A DNA stretch of 64,000 nucleotides, taken from the NCBI GenBank assembly GCA_964057225.1, contig OZ059895.1:9796001-9860000 (forward strand), in the 5' to 3' direction. The translations under genes and the position numbers were made by a program. Source of the stretch: Auanema rhodensis. Its lineage: Eukaryota > Animalia > Nematoda. Shown here one piece after another: positions 9,411 through 23,629 of the stretch (positions are counted from its first letter, which is position 1; each line of letters starts with the position of its first letter). The notes beneath the pieces were generated by a model. The model made no database searches. It was not told where the DNA came from and worked only from the letters and a program-made list of their open reading frames with translations.

Positions 9411-12400
9411 ATAACAAGGAGAAGTATGTTAACGATTGAACTTCAGATATTTTCGCTTACGACCATACCACGTTAAAAGTACGCCATACAGCTGATTTTC
9501 AATTTTATCTCTTCCGTAACAAATCTTTTCAATTTTCAAGCACTTTTACTTAGATAGCTCAACCAAAGAAAAGCAAATTATCTTCAATTCTTTTTCTATA
9601 TTACAGTTATAAACCAGTAGATAATGAACCTTCATCTTGACTTTACTGTTTCTATCCATTTCCTATCGAAACAAACATTGTTTAAACACTGTACAACTGT
9701 GAAACCTTTTTTAATTTATTGTATTTGGAGCTCATAAAATTTGATATCATCGAGGGATCCAGATGGAACGTGGAAAATTACATAACTAACATGAAATTGG
9801 AAAAAAAAGTATAACAAGGATAAGTATGTTAACGATTGAATATCAGATATTTTCGCTTACGACCATACCACGTTGAAAGTACGCCATACAGCTGATTTTC
9901 AATTTTATCTTTTCCGTAACAAATGTTTTCAATTTTCAAGCACTTTTACTTAGATAGCTCAACCAAAGGAAAGCAAATTATCTTCAATTTTATTTCTATA
10001 TTACAGTTATAAACCAGTAGGTAATGAAACCTTCATCTTGAATTTACTGTTTCTATCTATTTCCTATCGAAACAAACATTGTTCAAACACTATGCAACTA
10101 TGAAACCTTTTTTAATTTATTGTATTTGGAGCTCATAAAATTTGATATCATCGAGGGATCCAGATGGAACGTGGAAAATTACATAACTAACATGAAATTG
10201 GAAAAAAAAGTATAACAAGGATAAGTATGTTAACGATTGAATATCAGATATTTTCGCTTACGACCATATCACGTTGAAAGTACGCCATACAGCTGATTTT
10301 CAATTTTATCTCTTCCGTAACATATGTTTTCAATTTTCAAGCAGTTTTACTTAAATAGCTCAACCAAAGGAAAGCAAATTATCTTCAATCTCATTTCTAT
10401 ATTACAGTTATAAACCAGTAGTTGTTGAACCTTCATCTTAACTTTACTGTTTCTATCTATTTCCTATCGAAACAAACATTGTTTAAACACTATACAACTG
10501 TGAAACCTTTTTTAATTTATTGTATTTGGAGCTCATAAAATTTGATATCATCGAGGGATCCAGATGGAACGTGGAAAATTACATAACTAACATGAAATTG
10601 GAGAAAAAAACTATAACGAGGATAAGTAGGTAAACCATTGAATATCAGATATTTTCGCTTACGACCATACCACGTTGAAAGTACGCCATGCAACTGATTT
10701 TCAATTTTATCTTTTCCGTAACAAATGTTTTCAATTTTCAAACAGTTTTACTTAGATAGCTCAACCGAGGGAAAGCAAATTATCTTCAATTTTATTTCTA
10801 TATTACAGTTATAAACCAGTAGGTAATGAACCTTCATCTTGAATTTACTTATTCTATCCATTTCCTATCAAAACAAACATTGTTCAAACACTATGCAACT
10901 ATGAAACCTTTTTTAATTTATTGTATTTGGAGCTCATAAGATTTGATATCATCGAGGGATCCAGATGAAACGTGGAAAATTACATAACTAACATGAAATT
11001 GGAAAAAAAAGTATAACGAGGATAAGTAGGTAAACCATTGAATATCAGATATTTTCGCTTACGACCATACCACGTTGAAAGTACGCCATACAGCTGATTT
11101 TCAATTTTATCTCTTCCGTAACATATGTTTTCAATTTTCAAGCAGTTTTACTTAAATAGCTAAACCAAAGGAGAGCAAATTATCTTCAATCTTATTTCTA
11201 TATTACAGTTATAAACCAGTAGTTGTTGAACCTTCATCTTAACTTTACTGTTTCTATCTATTTCCTATCGAAACAAACATTGTTCAAACACTATGCAACT
11301 ATGAAACCTTTTTTAATTTATTGTATTTGGAGCTCATAAAATTTGATATCATTGAGGGATCCAGATGAAACGTGGAAAATTACATAACTAACATGAAATT
11401 GGAAAAAAAAGTATAACGAGGATAAGTAGGTAAACCATTGAATATCAGATATTTTCGCTTACGACCATACCACGTTGAAAGTACGCCATACAGCTGATAT
11501 TCAATTTTATCTCTTCCGTAACAAATGTTTTCAATTTTCAAGCAGTTTTACTTAAATAGCTCAACCAAAGGAGAGCAAATTATCTTCAATCTTATTTCTA
11601 TATTACAGTTATAAACCAGTAGTTGTTGAACCTTCATCTTAACTTTACTGTTTCTATCTATTTCCTATCGAAACAAACATTGTTCAAACACCATGCAACT
11701 ATAAAACCTTTTTTAATTTATTGTATTTGGAGCTCATAAAATTTGATATCATTGAGGGATCCAGATGAAACGTGGAAAATTACATAACTAACATGAAATT
11801 TGAAAAAAAACTATAACGGGGATAAGTATGTTAACGATTGAATATCAGATATTTTCGCTTACGACCATACCACGTTGAAAGTACGCCATACAGCTGATTT
11901 TCAATTTTATCTCTTCCGTAACATATGTTTCCAATTTCAAGCAGTTTTACTTAAATAGCTCAACCAAAGGAAAGCAAATTATCTTCAATCTCATTTCTAT
12001 ATTACAGTTATAAACCAGTAGTTGTTGAACCTTCATCTTAACTTTACTGTTTCTATCTATTTCCTATCGAAACAAACATTGTTCAAACACTATGCAACTA
12101 TGAAACCTTTTTTAATTTATTGTATTTGGAGCTCATAAAATTTGATATCATTGAGGGATCCAGATGAAACGTGGAAAATTACATAACTAACATGAAATTG
12201 GAAAAAAAAGTATAACGAGGATAAGTAGGTAAACCATTGAATATCAGATATTTTCGCTTACGACCATACCACGTTGAAAGTACGCCATACAGCTGATTTT
12301 CAATTTTATCTCTTCCGTAACATATGTTTTCAATTTTCAAGCAGTTTTACTTAAATAGCTAAACCAAAGGAGAGCAAATTATCTTCAATCTTATTTCTAT

Positions 12401-15400
12401 ATTACAGTTATAAACCAGTAGTTGTTGAACCTTCATCTTAACTTTACTGTTTCTATCTATTTCCTATCGAAACAAACATTGTTCAAACACTATGCAACTA
12501 TGAAACCTTTTTTAATTTATTGTATTTGGAGCTCATAAAATTTGATATCATTGAGGGATCCAGATGAAACGTGGAAAATTACATAACTAACATGAAATTG
12601 GAAAAAAAAGTATAACGAGGATAAGTAGGTAAACCATTGAATATCAGATATTTTCGCTTACGACCATACCACGTTGAAAGTACGCCATACAGCTGATATT
12701 CAATTTTATCTCTTCCGTAACAAATGTTTTCAATTTTCAAGCAGTTTTACTTAAATAGCTCAACCAAAGGAGAGCAAATTATCTTCAATCTTATTTCTAT
12801 ATTACAGTTATAAACCAGTAGTTGTTGAACCTTCATCTTAACTTTACTGTTTCTATCTATTTCCTATCGAAACAAACATTGTTCAAACACCATGCAACTA
12901 TAAAACCTTTTTTAATTTATTGTATTTGGAGCTCATAAAATTTGATATCATTGAGGGATCCAGATGAAACGTGGAAAATTACATAACTAACATGAAATTT
13001 GAAAAAAAACTATAACGGGGATAAGTATGTTAACGATTGAATATCAGATATTTTCGCTTACGACCATACCACGTTGAAAGTACGCCATACAGCTGATTTT
13101 CAATTTTATCTCTTCCGTAACATATGTTTCCAATTTTCAAGCAGTTTTACTTAAATAGCTCAACCAAAGGAAAGCAAATTATCTTCAATCTCATTTCTAT
13201 ATTACAGTTATAAACCAGTAGTTGTTGAACCTTCATCTTAACTTTACTGTTTCTATCTATTTCCTATCGAAACAAACATTGTTCAAACACTATGCAACTA
13301 TGAAACCTTTTTTAATTTATTGTATTTGGAGCTCATAAAATTTGATATCATTGAGGGATCCAGATGAAACGTGGAAAATTACATAACTAACATGAAATTG
13401 GAAAAAAAAGTATAACGAGGATAAGTAGGTAAACCATTGAATATCAGATATTTTCGCTTACGACCATACCACGTTGAAAGTACGCCATACAGCTGATTTT
13501 CAATTTTATCTCTTCCGTAACATATGTTTTCAATTTTCAAGCAGTTTTACTTAAATAGCTAAACCAAAGGAGAGCAAATTATCTTCAATCTTATTTCTAT
13601 ATTACAGTTATAAACCAGTAGTTGTTGAACCTTCATCTTAACTTTACTGTTTCTATCTATTTCCTATCAAAACAAACATTGTTTAAACACTATGCAACTA
13701 TGAAACCCTTTTTAATTTATTGTATTTGGAGCTCATAAGAATTGATATCATTGAGGGATCCAGATGAAACGTGGAAAGTTACGTAACTAACATGAAATTG
13801 GAAAAAAAAACTATAACGGGGATAAGTATGTTAACGATTGAATATCAGATATTTTCGCTTACGACCATATCACGTTGAAAGTACGCCATACAGCTGATTT
13901 TCAATTTTATCTCTTCCGTAACATATGTTTTCAATTTTCAAGCAGTTTTACTTAAATAGCTAAACCAAAGGAGAGCAAATTATCTTCAATCTTATTTCTA
14001 TATTACAGTTATAAACCAGTAGTTGTTGAACCTTCATCTTAACTTTACTGTTTCTATCTATTTCCTATCAAAACAAACATTGTTTAAACACTATGCAACT
14101 ATGAAACCTTTTTTAATTTATTCTATTTGGAGCTCATAAAATTTGATATCATTGAGGGATCCAGATAAAACGTGGAAAATTACATAACTAACATGAAATT
14201 GGAAAAAAAAGTATAACGAGGATAAGTAGGTAAACCATTGAATATCAGATATTTTCGCTTACGACCATACCACGTTGAAAGTACGCCATACAGCTGATTT
14301 TCAATTTTATCTTTTCCGTAACAAATGTTTTCAATTTTCAAGCACTTTTACTTAGATAGCTCAACCAAAGGAAAGCAAATTATCTTCAATTTTATTTCTA
14401 TATTACAGTTATAAACCAGTAGGTAATGAAACCTTCATATTGAATTTACTGTTTCTATCTATTTCCTATTAAAACAAACATTGTTCAAACACTATGCAAC
14501 TATGAAACCTTCTTTAGTTTATTGTATTTGGAGCTCATAAAATTTGATATCATCGAGGGATCCAGATGGAACGTGGAAAATTACATAACTAAAATGAAAT
14601 TGGAAAAAAAAGTATAACAAGGATAAGTATGTTAACGATTGAATATCAGATATTTTCGCTTACGACCATACCACGTTGAAAGTACGCCATACAGCTGATT
14701 TTCAATTTTATCTTTTCCGTAACAAATGTTTTCAATTTTCAAGCACTTTTACTTAGATAGCTCAACCAAAGGAAAGCAAATTATCTTCAATTTTATTTTT
14801 ATATTACAGTTATAAACCAGTAGGTAATGAAACCTTCATCTTGAATTTACTGTTTCTATCTATTTCCTATCAAAACAAACATTGTTGAAACACTATGCAA
14901 CTATGAAAACTTTTTTAATTTATTGTATTTGGAGCTCATAAAATTTGATATCATCGAGGGATCCAGATGGAACGTGGAAAATTACATAACTAACATGAAA
15001 TTGGAAAAAAAGTATAACGAGGATAAGTATGTTAACGATTGAATATCAGATATTTTCGCTTACGACCATACCACGTTGAAAGTATGCCATACAGCTGATT
15101 TTCAATTTTATCTTTTCCGTAACAAATGTTTTCAATTTTCAAGCACTTTTACTTAGATAGCTCAACCAAAGGAAAGCAAATTATCTTCAATCTTATTTCT
15201 ATATTACAGTTATAAACCAGTAGTTGTTGAACCTTCATCTTAACTTTACTGTTTCTATCTATTTCCTATCAAAACATCATTGTTTAAACACTATACAACT
15301 GTGAAACCTTTTTTAATTTATTGTATTTGGAGCTCATAATATTTGATATCATCGAGGAATCCAGATGGAAAGTGGAAAATTACATAACTAACATGAAATT

Positions 15401-18400
15401 GGAAAAAAAAGTATAACAAGGAGAAGTATGTTAACGATTGAATATCAGATATTTTCGCTTACGACCATACCACGTTAAAAGTACGCCATACAGCTGATTT
15501 TCAATTTTATCTCTTCCGTAACAAATGTTTTCAATTTTCAAGCACTTTTACTTAGATAGCTCAACCAAAGAAAAGCAAATTATCTTCAATTCTTTTTCTA
15601 TATTACAGTTATAAACCAGTAGATAATGAACCTTCATCTCGACTTTACTGTTTCTATCTATTTCCTATCGAAACAAACATTGTTTAAACACTATACAACT
15701 GTGAAACCTTTTTTAATTTATTGTATTTGTAGCTCATAAAATTTTATATCATCGAGGGATCCAGATGGAAGGTGGAAAATTACATAACTAACATGAAATT
15801 TGAAAAAAAACTATAACGGGGATAAGTATGTTAACGATTGAATATCAGATATTTTTGCTTACGACCATACCACGTTGAAAGTACGCCATACAGCTGATAT
15901 TCAATTTTATCTCTTCCGTAACAAATCTTTTCAATTTTCAAGCACTTTTACTTGGATAGCTCAACCAAAGGAAAGCAAATTATCTTCAATCTCATTTCTA
16001 TATTACAGTTATAAACCAGTAGTTGTTGAACCTTCATCTTAACTTCACTGTTTCTATCTATTTCCTATCGAAACAAACATTGTTCAAACACTATGCAACT
16101 ATGAAACCTTTTTAAATTTATTGTATTTGGAGCTCATAAAATTTGATATCATTGAGGGATCCAGATGAAACGTGGAAAATTACATAACTAACATGAAATT
16201 GGAAAAAAAAGTATAACGAGGATAAGTAGGTAAACCATTGAATATCAGATATTTTCGCTTACGACCATACCACGTTGAAAGTACGCCATACAGCTGATAT
16301 TCAATTTTATCTCTTCCGTAACATATGTTTTCAATTTTCAAGCAGTTTTACTTAAATAGCTCAACCAAAGGAGAGCAAATTATCTTCAATCTTATTTCCA
16401 TATTACAGTTATAAACCAGTAGTTGTTGAACCTTCATCTTAACTTTACTGTTTCTATCTATTTCCTATCAAAACAAAGATTGTTTAAACACTATGCAACT
16501 ATGAAACCTTTTTTAATTTATTGTATTTGGAGCTCATAAGAATTGATTTCATTGAGGGATACAGATGAAACGTGGAAAGTTACATAACTAACATGAAATT
16601 TGAAAAAAAACTATAACGGGGATAAGTATGTTAACGATTGAATATCAGATATTTTCGCTAACGACCATACCACGTTGAAAGTACGCCATACAGCTGATTT
16701 TCAATTTTATGTTTTCCGTAACAAATGTTTTCAATTTTCAAGCACTTTTACTTAGATAGCTCAACCAAAGGAAAGCAAATTATCTTCAATTTTATTTCTA
16801 TATTACAGTTATAAACCAGTAGATAATGAACCTTCATCTCGACTTTACTGTTTCTATCCATTTCCTATCGAAACAAACATTGTTTAAACACTATACAACT
16901 GTGAAACCTTTTTTAATTTATTGTATTTGTAGCTCATAAAATTTGATATCATCGAGGGATCCAGATGGAACGTGGAAAATTACATTACTAACATGAAATT
17001 GGAAAAAAAAGTATAACAAGGATAAGTATGTTAACGATTGAATATCAGATATTTTCGCTTACGACCATACCACGTTGAAAGTACGCCATACAGCTGATTT
17101 TCAATTTTATCTTTTCCGTAACAAATGTTTTCAATTTTCAAGCACTTTTACTTAGATAGCTCAACCAAAGGAAAGCAAATTATCTTCAATTTTATTTTTA
17201 TATTACAGTTATAAACCAGTAGGTAATGAAACCTTCATCTTGAATTTACTGTTTCTATCTATTTCCTATCAAAACAAACATTGTTCAAACACTATGCAAC
17301 TATGAAACCTTTTTAAATTTATTGTATTTGGAGCTCATAAAATTTGATATCATCGAGGGATCCAGATGGAACGTGGAAAATTACATAACTAAAATGAAAT
17401 TGGAAAAAAAAGTATAACAAGGATAAGTATGTTAACGATTGAATATCAGATATTTTCGCTTACGACCATACCACGTTGAAAGTACGCCATACAGCTGATT
17501 TTCAATTTTATCTTTTCCGTAACAAATGTTTTCAATTTTCAAGCACTTTTACTTAGATAGCTCAACCAAAGGAAAGCAAATTATCTTCAACTTTATTTCT
17601 ATATTACAGTTATAAACCAGTAGGTAATGAAACCTTCATCTTGAATTTACTGTTTCTATCTATTTCCTATCAAAACAAACATTGTTCAAACACTATGCAA
17701 CTATGAAACCTTTTTTAATTTATTGTATTTGGAGCTCATAAAATTTGATATCATCGAGGGATCCAGATGGAACGTGGAAAATTACATAACTAAAATGAAA
17801 TTGGAAAAAAAAGTATAACAAGGATAAGTATGTTAACGATTGAATATCAGATATTTTCGCTTACGACCATACCACGTTGAAAGTACGCCATACAGCTGAT
17901 TTTCAATTTTATCTTTTCCGTAACAAATGTTTTCACTTTTCAAGCACTTTTACTTAGATAGCTCAACCAAAGGAAAGCAAATTATCTTCAATTTTATTTC
18001 TATATTACAGTTATAAACCAGTAGGTAATGAAACCTTCATATTGAATTTACTGTTTCTATCTATTTCCTATTAAAACAAACATTGTTCAAACACTATGCA
18101 ACTATGAAACCTTTTTTAGTTTATTGTATTTGGAGCTCATAAAATTTGATATCATCGAGGGATCCAGATGGAACGTGGAAAATTACATAACTAAAATGAA
18201 AATGGAAAAAAAAGTATAACAAGGATAAGTATGTTAACGATTGAATATCAGATATTTTCGCTTACGACCATACCACGCTGAAAATACGCCATACAGCTGA
18301 TTTTCAATCTTATCTTTTCCGTAACAAATGTTTTCAATTTTCAAGCACTTTTACTTAGATAGCTCAACCAAAGGAAAGCAAATTATCTTCAATTTTATTT

Positions 18401-21400
18401 CTATATTACAGTTATAAACCAGTAGGTAATGAAACCTTCATCTTGAATTTACTGTTTCTATCTATTTCCTATCAAAACATCATTGTTTAAACACTATACA
18501 ACTGTGAAACCTTTTTTAATTTATTGTATTTGGAGCTCATAAAATTTTATATCATCGAGGGATCCAGATGGAAGGTGGAAAATTACATAACTAACATGAA
18601 ATTGGAAAAAAAACTATAACGGGGATAAGTATGTTAACGATTGAATATCAGATATTTTCGCTTACGAGCATACCACGTTGAAAGTACGCCATACAGCTGA
18701 TATTCAATTTTATCTCTTCCGTAACAAATCTTTTCAATTTTCAAGCACTTTTACTTGGATAGCTCAACCAAAGGAAAGCAAATTATCTTCAATCTCATTT
18801 CTATATTACAGTTATAAACCAGTAGTTGTTGAACCTTCATCTTAACTTCACTGTTTCTATCTATTTCCTATCAAAACAAACATTGTTCAAACACTATGCA
18901 ACTATGAAACCTTTTTAAATTTATTGTATTTGGAGCTCATAAAATTTGATATCATTGAGGGATCCAGATGAAACGTGGAAAATTACATAACTAACATGAA
19001 ATTGGAAAAAAAAGTATAACGAGGATAAGTAGGTAAACCATTGAATATCAGATATTTTCGCTTACGACCATACCACGTTGAAAGTACGCCATACAGCTGA
19101 TATTCAATTTTATCTCTTCCGTAACATATGTTTTCAATTTTCAAGCAGTTTTACTTAAATAGCTCAACCAAAGGAGAGCAAATTATCTTCAATCTTATTT
19201 CCATATTACAGTTATAAACCAGTAGTTGTTGAACCTTCATCTTAACTTTACTGTTTCTATCTATTTCCTATCAAAACAAACATTGTTTAAACACTATGCA
19301 ACTATGAAACCTTTTTTAATTTATTGTATTTGGAGCTCATAAGAATTGATTTCATTGAGGGATACAGATGAAACGTGGAAAGTTACATAACTAACATGAA
19401 ATTGGAAAAAAAACTATAACGGGGATAAGTATGTTAACGATTGAATATCAGATATTTTCGCTTACGACCATATCGCGTTGAAAGTACGCCATACAGCTGA
19501 TTTTCAATTTTATCTCTTCCGTAACATATGTTTTCAATTTTCAAGCAGTTTTACTTAAATAGCTCAACCAAAGGAGAGCAAATTATCTTCAATCTTATTT
19601 CTATATTACAGTTATAAACCAGTAGATAATGAACCTTCATCTTGACTTTACTGTTTCTATCCATTTCCTATTGAAACAAACATTGTTTAAACACTGTACA
19701 ACTGTGAAACCTTTTTTAATTTATTGTATTTGGAGCTCATAAAATTTGATATCATCGAGGGATCCAGATGAAACGTGGAAAATTACATAACTAACATGAA
19801 ATTTGAAAAAAAACTATAACGGGGATAAGTATGTTAACGATTGAATATCAGATATTTTCGCTAACGACCATACCACGTTGAAAGTACGCCATACAGCTGA
19901 TTTTCAATTTTATGTTTTCCGTAACAAATGTTTTCAATTTTCAAGCACTTTTACTTAGATAGCTCAACCAAAGGAAAGCAAATTATCTTCAATTTTATTT
20001 CTATATTACAGTTATAAACCAGTAGATAATGAACCTTCATCTCGACTTTACTGTTTCTATCTATTTCCTATCGAAACAAACATTGTTTAAACACTATACA
20101 ACTGTGAAACCTTTTTTAATTTATTGTATTTGTAGCTCATAAAATTTGATATCATCGAGGGATCCAGATGGAACGTGGAAAATTACATTACTAACATGAA
20201 ATTGGAAAAAAAAAGTATAACAAGGATAAGTATGTTAACGATTGAATATCAGATATTTTCGCTTACGACCATACCACGTTGAAAGTACGCCATACAGCTG
20301 ATTTTCAATTTTATCTTTTCCGTAACAAATGTTTTCAATTTTCAAGCACTTTTACTTAGATAGCTCAACCAAAGGAAAGCAAATTATCTTCAATTTTATT
20401 TTTATATTACAGTTATAAACCAGTAGGTAATGAAACCTTCATCTTGAATTTACTGTTTCTATCTATTTCCTATCAAAACAAACATTGTTCAAACACTATG
20501 CAACTATGAAACCTTTTTAAATTTATTGTATTTGGAGCTCATAAAATTTGATATCATCGAGGGATCCAGATGGAACGTGGAAAATTACATAACTAAAATG
20601 AAATTGGAAAAAAAAGTATAACAAGGATAAGTATGTTAACGATTGAATATCAGATATTTTCGCTTACGACCATACCACGTTGAAAGTACGCCATACAGCT
20701 GATTTTCAATTTTATCTTTTCCGTAACAAATGTTTTCAATTTTCAAGCACTTTTACTTAGATAGCTCAACCAAAGGAAAGCAAATTATCTTCAACTTTAT
20801 TTCTATATTACAGTTATAAACCAGTAGGTAATGAAACCTTCATCTTGAATTTACTGTTTCTATCTATTTCCTATCAAAACAAACATTGTTCAAACACTAT
20901 GCAACTATGAAACCTTTTTTAATTTATTGTATTTGGAGCTCATAAAATTTGATATCATCGAGGGATCCAGATGGAACGTGGAAAATTACATAACTAAAAT
21001 GAAATTGGAAAAAAAAGTATAACAAGGATAAGTATGTTAACGATTGAATATCAGATATTTTCGCTTACGACCATACCACGTTGAAAGTACGCCATACAGC
21101 TGATTTTCAATTTTATCTTTTCCGTAACAAATGTTTTCACTTTTCAAGCACTTTTACTTAGATAGCTCAACCAAAGGAAAGCAAATTATCTTCAATTTTA
21201 TTTCTATATTACAGTTATAAACCAGTAGGTAATAAAACCTTCATATTGAATTTACTGTTTCTATCTATTTCCTATTAAAACAAACATTGTTCAAACACTA
21301 TGCAACTATGAAACCTTTTTTAGTTTATTGTATTTGGAGCTCATAAAATTTGATATCATCGAGGGATCCAGATGGAACGTGGAAAATTACATAACTAAAA

Positions 21401-23629
21401 TGAAAATGGAAAAAAAAGTATAACAAGGATAAGTATGTTAACGATTGAATATCAGATATTTTCGCTTACGACCATACCACGTTGAAAGTACGCCATACAG
21501 CTGATTTTCAATCTTATCTTTTCCGTAACAAATGTTTTCAATTTTCAAGCACTTTTACTTAGATAGCTCAACCAAAGGAAAGCAAATTATCTTCAATTTT
21601 ATTTCTATATTACAGTTATAAACCAGTAGGTAATGAAACCTTCATCTTGAATTTACTGTTTCTATCTATTTCCTATCAAAACATCATTGTTTAAACACTA
21701 TACAACTGTGAAACCTTTTTTAATTTATTGTATTTGGAGCTCATAAAATTTTATATCATCGAGGGATCCAGATGGAAGGTGGAAAATTACATAACTAACA
21801 TGAAATTGGAAAAAAAAGTATAACAAGGAGAAGTATGTTAACGATTGAACTTCAGATATTTTCGCTTACGACCATACCACGTTAAAAGTACGCCATACAG
21901 CTGATTTTCAATTTTATCTCTTCCGTAACAAATCTTTTCAATTTTCAAGCACTTTTACTTAGATAGCTCAACCAAAGAAAAGCAAATTATCTTCAATTCT
22001 TTTTCTATATTACAGTTATAAACCAGTAGATAATGAACCTTCATCTTGACTTTACTGTTTCTATCCATTTCCTATCGAAACAAACATTGTTTAAACACTG
22101 TACAACTGTGAAACCTTTTTTAATTTATTGTATTTGGAGCTCATAAAATTTGATATCATCGAGGGATCCAGATGGAACGTGGAAAATTACATAACTAACA
22201 TGAAATTGGAAAAAAAAGTATAACAAGGATAAGTATGTTAACGATTGAATATCAGATATTTTCGCTTACGACCATACCACGTTGAAAGTACGCCATACAG
22301 CTGATTTTCAATTTTATCTTTTCCGTAACAAATGTTTTCAATTTTCAAGCACTTTTACTTAGATAGCTCAACCAAAGGAAAGCAAATTATCTTCAATTTT
22401 ATTTCTATATTACAGTTATAAACCAGTAGGTAATGAAACCTTCATCTTGAATTTACTGTTTCTATCTATTTCCTATCGAAACAAACATTGTTCAAACACT
22501 ATGCAACTATGAAACCTTTTTTAATTTATTGTATTTGGAGCTCATAAAATTTGATATCATCGAGGGATCCAGATGGAACGTGGAAAATTACATAACTAAC
22601 ATGAAATTGGAAAAAAAAGTATAACAAGGATAAGTATGTTAACGATTGAATATCAGATATTTTCGCTTACGACCATATCACGTTGAAAGTACGCCATACA
22701 GCTGATTTTCAATTTTATCTCTTCCGTAACATATGTTTTCAATTTTCAAGCAGTTTTACTTAAATAGCTCAACCAAAGGAAAGCAAATTATCTTCAATCT
22801 CATTTCTATATTACAGTTATAAACCAGTAGTTGTTGAACCTTCATCTTAACTTTACTGTTTCTATCTATTTCCTATCGAAACAAACATTGTTTAAACACT
22901 ATACAACTGTGAAACCTTTTTTAATTTATTGTATTTGGAGCTCATAAAATTTGATATCATCGAGGGATCCAGATGGAACGTGGAAAATTACATAACTAAC
23001 ATGAAATTGGAGAAAAAAACTATAACGAGGATAAGTAGGTAAACCATTGAATATCAGATATTTTCGCTTACGACCATACCACGTTGAAAGTACGCCATGC
23101 AACTGATTTTCAATTTTATCTTTTCCGTAACAAATGTTTTCAATTTTCAAACAGTTTTACTTAGATAGCTCAACCGAGGGAAAGCAAATTATCTTCAATT
23201 TTATTTCTATATTACAGTTATAAACCAGTAGGTAATGAACCTTCATCTTGAATTTACTTATTCTATCCATTTCCTATCAAAACAAACATTGTTCAAACAC
23301 TATGCAACTATGAAACCTTTTTTAATTTATTGTATTTGGAGCTCATAAGATTTGATATCATCGAGGGATCCAGATGGAAGGTGGAAAATTACATAACTAA
23401 CATGAAATTGGAAAAAAAACCATAACGGGGATAAGTATGTTAACGATTGAATATCAGATATTTTCGCTTACGACCATATCACGTTGAAAGTACGCCATAC
23501 AGCTGATTTTCAATTTTATCTCTTCCGTAACATATGTTTTCAATTTTCAAGCAGTTTTACTTAAATAGCTCAACCAAAGGAAAGCAAATTATCTTCAATC
23601 TCATTTCTATATTACAGTTATAAACCAGT

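Larger units (their letters stand above)
1..23376. repeat. Higher-order tandem duplication with a 12,409-bp (31-monomer) period: 1-~10967 repeated at 12410-~23376
   Basis: Private variants recur at a 12,409-bp offset: CCATGCAACTATAAAA (481/12890), TACGTAAC, ATCGCGTT, GAACTTCAG, and the chance ORFs at 10517/22926. The copies diverge after GGATCCAGATG at ~10967/23376. Confidence 0.92.
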
